The position numbers and the translations under genes were made by a program. The notes below the pieces were generated by a model. It had not been told where the DNA came from and searched no databases. It saw only the letters and a list, made by a program, of their open reading frames with translations. This document shows, piece by piece, positions 13,005 through 23,600 of a DNA stretch of 43,114 nt. Position 1 is the stretch's first letter, and each line of letters opens with the position of its first letter. This stretch comes from Octopus bimaculoides (lineage: Eukaryota), in assembly GCF_001194135.2 (NCBI RefSeq), contig NC_068986.1, forward strand, positions 73,027,606 to 73,070,719, given 5' to 3'.

Positions 13005-13192
13005 TACCAGATAGCTCAATTATATTCAGTAGCTGAAACAAGTAAAAATGAAACTGGAGGTGGAGAAGGTGTTGAAGTATTAGTAAATGAACCATTTAAT
13101 GCAACGACACATTGTCCTCCTGAACCATTATGTGCAAATAACAAACGTTATACTGAGGGCCAATACACACACAAGTTGTACCATTTGAATGA
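13005..13192 (+). CDS. PITPNA/PITPNB: PITP coding exon (first found), [10 protein letters not shown]...[11 protein letters not shown]
   Basis: T-rich tract then gcag|tac; ends ga|gtaag (phase 2); carries the [13 protein letters not shown] signature. Confidence 0.97.
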
Positions 13193-14620
13193 GTAAGAAA
13201 ACTGAACATTTTTTACTTGTTTTATTTTTAATAAATCTCAACTTTTGAATTTTGCATGTAAATCTTTAAGTTGTGATGGTGCCAAGAATTTTTAATTTTA
13301 AGATTTAAGTCTTGTGATGTTAAAATGAAGAAGAATTCTTAATTCTTTAGTGACTATATATACAGCAAAATTTACTGCTTGTGTATTTCGATAAAAAAAA
13401 ATAATGAGTTTGCTGTGGTTTATCGAAATATCATTTTTTATTTATTGATATATTAAACCTGATGCTTGTAACAAATATAATTACTTACTGAAAATTATGG
13501 TAAGCTTTAATTAGAATATGAATATTCTAAAGCAAGCAGTTTTGATTCATCTGAAGAGGTGTCTAGTGGACCAGGATTAATAAATTGTAATTGTGTGTCA
13601 TGAAAATTTTGTGCATATGTACATCAAAGAATTATGTATTTGTAAAGCCAATTATTTTACATGTTTAATTGCAATTGCTTGTTTTAATTACTTTTTATTT
13701 CATTTTCAGTAAAGTGCCACATATAATTAGAATTATAGCCCCAAAGGGTTCGCTGGAGATCCATGAAAAGGCTTGGAATGCTTACCCATATTGCCGAACA
13801 GTAATCACAGTAAGTTGTTTGAGTTCAGCAAGTTTCTTATGATGACATTGTTTCTGTTTGTTTTCTGGAATATGACTGATTGATAATTGTCTTAACCCTT
13901 TAGCATTCAGATTACTCTGTCAAATGTTATTCACATTATTTTAAATTTATCGTACATTTTCTCATAGCTTTGAAATTTTGATGATGTGATTATTTATTTT
14001 TAGAATGACATTGTAGAGTAAGTGTGAGAGGTCTGATCTGGCCGGTTTGAATACTAAAGGGTTAATTACAATGAAGAAATAATTGTTGGGTGATACAACA
14101 GTTTTTGATTGAGCTGTAATATAAATAAATTTTTAGAGTATATTCAAGTAGGCAACTATTTAATTAAGTACCTTATAAATGTTCTTATGTTGACATCTTA
14201 TATAAAATATTGAATCTCACTGACGATTTTCAGTGCTAAATGTAATGAGAATTACAATTTGGTATGTATATTTTACACATTTTTTGGCTTTGTTGTGAAA
14301 TATAAAGTCTCTATGAGAATATATGATAAAAACAGTATTTTCTGCTTGAAGAGTAAACATTCTCTTCTGGTTGTACTTTATAGTTATGTAGTTGAAATTT
14401 ATATTAAAAATTTTTAAAAAAGACACTGAAAATATTATAATCCCTGCAATTCATACAACTGCATCTTCCAAAATAAGTTCTTTTTTAATGTAAAATATAC
14501 TCTCTTTCATTTTCTACAATCTTCTTCCATTTATCTGGTCAACTTGCAAGGCCCCTCTTCCAAAATTCACTTGTCCATGATGAGAAATACTCCTCCAGTA
14601 CTGTTCTGATCTTTTATATA

Positions 14621-14654
<34 letters not shown>

Positions 14655-17600
14655 TATGTACACGCCTCCCATTGTACTTTAACCTCTCAATACTTCACAT
14701 AGAGCAACCATTCTATCTCGTATTTTCCCTCTTAATTGGGAGGACTCTTTAGTCTTGTAAGTTACAAGGCAACCTCACTAGTGCTGATGCCATTAAAATG
14801 CCACCCAGCCAAAACTGAGACACTGGAGGAATGTTTTCCTCCACCCCATTTGATCCTGTCAAAACATCCAGCCCATGCCAACATGGAAACTGAGTATAAA
14901 ATCAGTGATGATGATAGATGAGATATAGAGGGAGGTGGAAAATGAAAAAGAGAGAAAGTGAGATTTTGGACCAAGTGTGTGATTTTTTTTTTTTTTTTTT
15001 TAGAGAACTCTGTGTGTGTGTGAATGATATTTTTTTATTTTATTTAAATGTTGTATTTAAGTCTACCTATGTCTTTTTGTATGTGTAAATTTGTATACAG
15101 TTTTCATTATTTTACGAGGAGGTACAGAAAAGTTACTGGCTTTAGGTAAAAGAAAATACAGGAGGATCAGTTAATTATGATTTTATTCAACATATTTCCC
15201 TCTCAGATTCACACACTTATGCAGTGGTCCTTCAAGTTTTCTAAGCTCTGTTAAAGAACTTAGAAGGTTGGGCCTCCAGCCAGGTCTTTTGTGATACCCT
15301 TAAAGCCAGAAACTTTTCAGCACCCTCTCATATGTGTTTGTATGCCTGATTTTCATATATGTGTTTATATATGTGTCCCTGTGTATAACTATGTTCTGGG
15401 TGACACATAGTTCATCATCATCATCATCATCGTTTAACGTCCGCTTTCCATGCTAGCATGGGTTGGACGATTTGACTGAGGACTGGTGAAACCGGATGGC
15501 AACACCAGGCTCCAGTCTGATTTGGCAGAGTTTCTACAGCTGGATGCCCTTCCTAACGCCAACCACTCAGAGAGTGTAGTGGGTGCTTTTACGTGTCACC
15601 CGCACGAAAACGGCCACGCTCGAAATGGTGTCTTNNNNNNNNNNNNNNNNNNNNNNNNNNNNNNNNNNNNNNNNNNNNNNNNNNNNNNNNNNNNNNNNNN
15701 NNNNNNNNNNNNNNNNNNNNNNNNNNNNNNNNNNNNNNNNNNNNNNNNNNNNNNNNNNNNNNNNNNNNNNNNNNNNNNNNNNNNNNNNNNNNNNNNNNNN
15801 NNNNNNNNNNNNNNNNNNNNNNNNNNNNNNNNNNNNNNNNNNNNNNNNNNNNNNNNNNNNNNNNNNNNNNNNNNNNNNNNNNNNNNNNNNNNNNNNNNNN
15901 NNNNNNNNNNNNNNNNNNNNNNNNNNNNNNNNNNNNNNNNNNNNNNNNNNNNNNNNNNNNNNNNNNNNNNNNNNNNNNNNNNNNNNNNNNNNNNNNNNNN
16001 NNNNNNNNNNNNNNNNNNNNNNNNNNNNNNNNNNNNNNNNNNNNNNNNNNNNNNNNNNNNNNNNNNNNNNNNNNNNNNNNNNNNNNNNNNNNNNNNNNNN
16101 NNNNNNNNNNNNNNNNNNNNNNNNNNNNNNNNNNNNNNNNNNNNNNNNNNNNNNNNNNNNNNNNNNNNNNNNNNNNNNNNNNNNNNNNNNNNNNNNNNNN
16201 NNNNNNNNNNNNNNNNNNNNNNNNNNNNNNNNNNNNNNNNNNNNNNNNNNNNNNNNNNNNNNNNNNNNNNNNNNNNNNNNNNNNNNNNNNNNNNNNNNNN
16301 NNNNNNNNNNNNNNNNNNNNNNNNNNNNNNNNNNNNNNNNNNNNNNNNNNNNNNNNNNNNNNNNNNNNNNNNNNNNNNNNNNNNNNNNNNNNNNNNNTAT
16401 ATTTGTATGTGTATATGTATAAATAGGTACAAATGTGTATATCCCTATCACACATGTATGAATAATGCACATCTTAAACACTTAAACTGTATGCACACAC
16501 ATGCAAATATTATTTATACAAGCACCATACCCATATTAGGTTCTTTATCCACTATAGTGAGTTTTATATTAGCTGTTTGCAACATGTAAAATATAATTTG
16601 ATATAATTTACAGCTCTTAAATTACTATATTCATTTGCTTTACATTTGTTTTGTTTGTTTGTTTTTTTAATGGGTTACATGTGTTTATTATTGAAGCATT
16701 GCTTTACAACCCGATGATCTTCCTGTCACTATTCCTTATCTGTTTCTCAAGTAAGGTATTTCGAAGGTGTAAAGTGAATGATTCTTTGACAGGAAAAATA
16801 AGAAAAATAACGCTGCTCATAGCAAGTGACTTTTGTAAACAAATATGCACATTCACACATACATACATATATATATATTTGTGGTGTAACACCTGAAGAA
16901 AATTGATATTGTAGTGTAAATATTACATGGAAACTGTTAGTACTGCAAATGCACTTTACTACCCTTATTTCTTTTTCTCCAGAATCCCGGCTACATGAAA
17001 GAAAGCTTTGTATTAAAAATTGAAACTATTCATCTACCAGGCAATGGACAAATTGAAAATGTAAGTTTTTTTTTACATTAATTTCTTTTTCACTTTTTCT
17101 CTTACATACTTTTACTATCCTTGTCATTATAGGAAATATCTCGCTGGAATACTTATGGTATTTCATCTTTAGTAATGCTTGTTCTTAACTGATTAAGAAT
17201 CTGTTGAGTTTAATTTTACTTTTTAGAAACGTGTGAAAAAATCTTCCATTTTTCTTTTGAATTATGTTTAGTTTTTTTGGTGTTTGATTTTTTTTTTCTC
17301 TTAGACAGAAAGGTATAACTACTTTTTATATTTATTGCTGTACAAATTTCACTTTGGATGCAATGACCTTTTTATACGTAAGCTTGCCTTGGGCTGAAGA
17401 TATGAAGCTTAGTTATTGATCTAATTACGTAGTTTTGTAGTACATTTTACCTTAGCTAAGTACATTTCCAAATATTTGTTTACTGATGGCGAAAGTTACT
17501 CTTTGACATATTTTTATTACTAATTTTATAGCTAGCCATTGCTTTTCTGGCAGCAAAAAAAGGCAAGATTTTTGTTTCATATTCTGCAAGCTCAGTATAT

Positions 17601-20600
17601 ACGTTGCATATCTGCATTCACTTAGATGGCTGCTTCATAAACAATGTTTCTGGTCATAGTTCGATATTCATCATTATAATGTGACTTTCTGGCTTTGTGG
17701 TTGGATTTGCTTTGATTTGTAAACACTCTGTTTTGTTGGATCATTCGTTTTTCTGAAAGCAACGTGTTTGTCTGTGTCAGAACACTGGAGTTGGAAGATA
17801 CAATTATTAACTTCTAAACTTTATTCTTGATGCTTATTTGTCAACTTAACAAAAGTAGGCCTTATAGGGAATGTTGGTTTTCCAAATTACCTTATGATAG
17901 TCAGCTATCCAATCTTAGTAGTGCTTTGCCTGTAAATGTGTTTGGTTTGCCTGTGTTTGGGAGAATTTATTGTTTTCCTTTCTGATCTGCAATGGTTATA
18001 TTTCCCAGACTATTACACACATCTGCTTGTAGGGCATGTTGGTATATTTTGAACATACTGCAAAGAAGCAGATTGGACTTTGGTATACTGGTCTACACAA
18101 AACAGTTGAAATAGATTGTATCTGTAGTACAATATATTATCCACCTCAGCTTTCTCCTTTATCCAAATATAATGAAATTGGAGATATGTCACTTTTCCAT
18201 TGCTTTAGTGTAAGGTAATTTCATCCATGTAAGCCACCAGCGAAAAAACATGGTTACGTCATGAGGTCATTGGCTTGGTGACGGTCACTATATATTCGAA
18301 GACTGTGTTGATTGTTCTCTGATTGGAACTTGCTTACCAACATTCTACCACTTTTGATGAATTTCTTTATCATTCATCATCAGATATCAGTTGTATGTAG
18401 ACAAGTTATAGTTTCTGCACTGTTCACCATCTGGTTGTCTTTTACCATGTAATCCAATAGAAACGTTTTCTAGTATATGTCTGCATTAATTTGTTCATGA
18501 ACAAACAGGAATGATTGCAAATAAGTGTTGATGGAAAAATCTTCAACTGAAAAATGTGTATTGAGAGTTACAACTTCAAGATTTTCTGTTCTATTATCTG
18601 TTCTTTAAGATGGTAGAAGTAAGTTTGCAAATAGGATGGTGCATCAGTAACAGTATCTTTTGGTACTTCAGAAAATCTATAATCAACTCTATGAATTCTG
18701 TATGTAGAAAAGACTTTGAGCAACTGTAGCATCGTTTGCTTTCCTGCTAAACATGGTCATAAGTGTTGAACCTCTAAATGTTTTTTCTGAAACATTTTGC
18801 TTCTGGTGAATCAAGTATGGACAACTTATGTAGTTCATCAGGTAAATCTGGTACTTCTAGAATACAGATAAGATCAAATTTACAGCAAGTATCAAAATCA
18901 AGATAGGCTAGTGTTACTCCAGTATGCTCTATGAACATTGGTGCATTATAGTGACAGCATTTTACATCCCTTAAGCTACGACTATATTGATAGCTACTTC
19001 TAGCACTGAGTCTGTGTCATACTTTTACTATATTCAACATCCTTCTCAATTATGACTGTTGTATTCTAAGCTGTCCTAATTCTTAAGAAAGTATCTGGTG
19101 CGCATGATGCTGCTGCTTAGCATTGTATGCCCATATACACCCAGAACCATACTAATGGCTTAGGAGTGAAATTTAGGATTTCTTCATTTCTGTGAATCAA
19201 TTTTGATAAAACTTTTCCCAGCTGGTTTGCACTCTATGGTAACACCATTGTTATGTTTTCATTATTCGTGTAACATCCTTTCTTTTTTATTTCAGATTCT
19301 TCAGTTTTTGGGTGAATCACGCTAATAGCTTTTGAATGAAAATAGCCCATCTAGACTTTTTTTTTTTTTTTTCAGAAAATGAAGGGTAATGATACATATT
19401 AAACATACATTGAGTATATATTTAACAGAAAACCATAATAATATTATAACATTTATTAACATAATGAATTATTTAGCCACATGAGCACCATTTTGACGGA
19501 TAACTTCAAAAACCCTATTAGTCACGGAATCTCTCAGTTTCTTAATAGTAGCAGGTTGGACTGCCTCTTCAGCTTTGATGGTCACCCATAAAACGTCTTT
19601 CGATATAAATTGGCATCCATCAGCATAAACATCTTGTTTAATGAGGGACCAAAGATTTTCAGTAGGGTTGAGATCCGGAGATGCTGGTGGCCACACCATC
19701 AACCTTTCACTTTGTATGCTGTAAAACCCTAGTAATGTTTGTGTGGTCCTAAGAGGGAGCGTTGTCATGCATGAATACGAGATTCCTTAGAAATGATAGC
19801 AGTATGTCATCTAGCCAGAAATTCAAAACATCCTGCAGAAGATTGCAGTAGGCAGCTGTGGTCACAACAAGTCTATCCCCAATGATACCAGCCCACAACA
19901 TGACTCCTCCTCCCTGTTGTTGACGTCGTAAACATTGGTGATGCTCATCTCCAAAATAGACCCAACCATTTGCCTAACTGTCAGGTCTGTCAAGAGTTGC
20001 CCTGGTTTCAGCAGTGGACAGAACACAACTCATGTCTAACGTCATGTACTTTTGGGTCCATTGAAGTGTCAAACGCTTGTGACAGAGCATTAAAGGAGGA
20101 AGCTGCAGGGGTTTTTGCATGGAAGCTGTTATCCCGAGGATGCGATTTCTGGTGGGTTTTCAGTACGAGGAAGTCTGGAGGCAGTGAAAATGGTTTTGCT
20201 TCTTTATCCAGGTTTCCTATGTAACTTGCAGCCAGTACTCCTTATATCCATAGCTGTCACAGTCTTGGAGGTCCCACAATCAGATTGTTTCTTCCTTGGC
20301 AAAGGATCCTTCAAGAATCATCTAGCCATGTCCACTTGACGACCTAACTTCTCCACAATGACATAAAGAGAAGTTCCTTTAGCACTTTCCTTGATGATGA
20401 CAGACTTTTCATCATTGTTAAGGCCTTTTCCACGTCCCATTGTTCTTAGAGAGAAGAGATGCTATTAGAATGTTTCCCCAAAAACTGAAAAATTTGAAAT
20501 AAAAAAGAAAGGGTGTTACACAGAATAATGAAAACATAACAATGGTGTTACCATAGCATGCAAACCTGCTGGGAAAAGTTTCATCAAAATTGATTCACAG

Positions 20601-23600
20601 AAATGAAGAAATCCTAAATTTCACAGAAACACTGCCAAATGAGATTGGAGCCTGGTGTAGCCATCTGGTTTCACCAGTCCTCAGTCAAATCGTCCAACCC
20701 ATGCTAGCATGGAAGGCGGACGTTAAGCGATGATGATGATGATGATGAAGNNNNNNNNNNNNATATATATATATATATACCGCCTGACTGGCCTTGTAGG
20801 GTTTTCGAGCGAGATCGTTGCCAGTGCCCCTGGGCTGGCTCTTGTGCGGGTGGCACATAAAAGACACCATTTCGAGCGTGGCTGTTTTCGTGCGGGTGAC
20901 ACGTAAAAGCACCCACTACACTCTCTGAGTGGTTGGCGTTAGGAAGGGCATCCAGCTGTAGAAACTCTGCCAAATTAGATTGGAGCCTGGTGTTGCCATC
21001 CGGTTTCACCAGTCCTCAGTCAAATCGTCCAACCCATGCTAGCATGGAAGGCGGACGTTAAGCGATGATGATGATGATGATGAAGCTAATAGCCTGGCTC
21101 TGGGTGTACATCCTCACTACTCTTGAAAAAGTTGTTGTCATGCTTCTCTCTAGCATCTCTACAATCTCTCAGTCTCTAGCTTCCATCATGAAATTGTTGA
21201 TTCTGAAAGCACCAAAGTTTTTCACCTGACAGGGAGGTGTTAGTTTCTGGTGGATGGTGATTGAGTGATGATTTGTTTTCTGTATCTGAAAAGAAGAGAG
21301 TTGATGCATTAGGTATTGATGGTTGAGTGATAGTATCACATGGCCATCCCCTTTTACATCATGAGAACTAGTCTTGTATACACAGTTAGGGTTTTCAATA
21401 TATATATATATATATATATATATATTTCTTGTGTAATTTTGATTTTTTTTATCTATGGTGATACCATTCCTATCACCATCTATTTTATTGTCTGCGTGAT
21501 AGTCAGTATCCAAGCTTGCAGTGGTGATTTGCTGATGCACAAACTTTTATGAACGTGTGTAGAGATAATTCAGTCATGGGAATGTTTTTTTGCTGAACTG
21601 CTAATAGTCATGCAGACAACTGCAGCTGCCATAGACTCTTATAATGACTGCTGTTACTCTACAGCCACGAGGTTCAGCAATATGGAGTAAATATTTCAGT
21701 AGCTAGATCTCCCACCTACTTAGTGCTGTGATGGTGACCCTTTCCCATAACAGAGACAAGCCATCAAACTACCTCAGACGATAAGGGATGAGGCAAATAG
21801 ATGGGTTGCTTCTAGTGAATTGTAAAACTTGTGGAGGGGCAGGGGGATTGTGCCACAACTTAATGAATGCAGTCTGTTTAGGAAGTTGAACAATCAAAAC
21901 AAAATCTTAGTTAACAAAACCTTTAAGGTTGCACATATTGTTTAATACTTGTGCATCTGAACTTTTGCTTTGTTATTCCTTGTGAGACTGTTAGGTGCTG
22001 CCCTCCCCATTTCATATTCCACCTGTGTACATACTTACTGTTCACACTGATTTTTCTCTTCAATACATTTGTGTCAAATTTGTATATTCTGCTTTTACAT
22101 TTCTCTCTATTTTTCATTTTGATATTTCTTTATTTTTGTCTAATAGGTCATATAAATTATTTCCATTTCAGGCTCACAGTCTTTCACCTGAACATTTAAA
22201 AAGTAGGGCTGTTGTTATGATTGATATTGCTAACAACTCTGTTGTTTCTTCTAAGGTAAGTACATTTTTTGAGTCCTTAGTAGTATTTCTTTTTATTATA
22301 GTGACAAATGTTATCTACTAACTTTTGTGCTTCATTATATACATTGCCGCTACAGCAGAGTAAAACTTTAATGTGGTAAACTTAATGGATTAATATATCA
22401 TTGCTATAATTAAGTCAATGTATTGATGTATGTCCAACAAAAGATTGTCTGGATAATGGACATCTTGAAAAATGTGATCTTGTATCAGCATTTTTAAGTC
22501 ATGGCATATTTTCATGTACATACTAGATGGAACTTGAACATTGTGGTTTTGTCATTAACAAATAGATCCATTGTTTCTTGTAAATATATTGATTAAAATC
22601 AACTTCAGAATTAATACAGCTATACCACGTTTTTTTTCTTTTTATCAAGCCTATGTATATACCTTTATAATGATTATGTGCCTGACAATCTTTAGAAGAT
22701 ATATAAAACGTGCTCAGAATAAACTGTGTAAAGTAATGTTTTATCAATATAGGTGCACTTTCATTTATTAAAATGAATTTCTTTCTTAATCTTATGTTTT
22801 AAGTGTTTAGCTGCCTCCATTTTGACATTCAAGTACTATTACCTGTTCTCATTTAGCTATAGCTGTTTAATCATCTACATATATTTTCTATCTCTCCACT
22901 ATAAAATTTTTTATGCGTATTATTCAAAATGTAAAAAAATTCAAATTCAAATCCATAACAACAAAGATATTTTAGTTAGTTTAAGTAACTACTTAATATT
23001 CACAAGTGTGTGTGAATGCCTTTGCATAGTAGCTGTAGAAGACAAGTTAGAAATTTGAGGTTTCTTTGTATTGGGTCATCCCATAAATAATGCGGTTTTT
23101 TTTTTAATACTTTTATTTTTCAAAAGTTTTTTTTTTAATGTAAAATATACTCTCCTTCATTTTCTACAATCTTCTCCCATCTATCTGGTAGACTTGCAAG
23201 GCCCCTCTTCCAAAATTCACTTATCCATGATGAAAAGTACTCCTTAAGTACTGTCCTGACCTTGTCTACAGAATTCAAATTTTTTCCGTCCAAATGATTT
23301 TGAAGTTTGCCTAACAAATGATAGTCAGATGGAGAAATGTCTGGCAAATATGGTGAGTGGGGCATCGTTTCCCATTCAAACTGCTCCAGCCTTTGGAATG
23401 TCATCCTCACTGTACGTGGCTAAGCATTATCCTGATGGAAGAACACCTTTCATCCTGAAACCAAAGATGGTCGTTTTTCTTCTAGCACTGACTTAAGCAG
23501 CTCACAGTAGATCTCCTTCGTTATTGTTTCGTTTGGGTTTAAAAGTTCAAAGTGGACTAAACCTTTCATATCCCACCAAACAGATAACAACACCTTATGC

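Larger units (their letters stand above)
17600..21560 (-). mobile_element. Heavily decayed LINE (probably RTE endonuclease region), split by the Tc1 element
   Basis: Weak APE-like remnants on the minus strand, e.g. EIVEMLER near 21160 and a YAP-like segment near 18950. Boundaries are approximate. Confidence 0.3.

Noticed and set aside
15476-15497. Hammerhead-like CUGAGGA-cuggu-GAAA-CCGG on the antisense strand of the RTE 3' UTR
   Set aside because: Stem II cannot close (C...U), and GAAACCGG is followed by AU rather than the UH cleavage triplet. I saw no supporting stem I.
15486-16589. Long ORFs in the supplied track (also 1700-2237 and 10033-10672)
   Set aside because: They are open only because N gaps translate as X.
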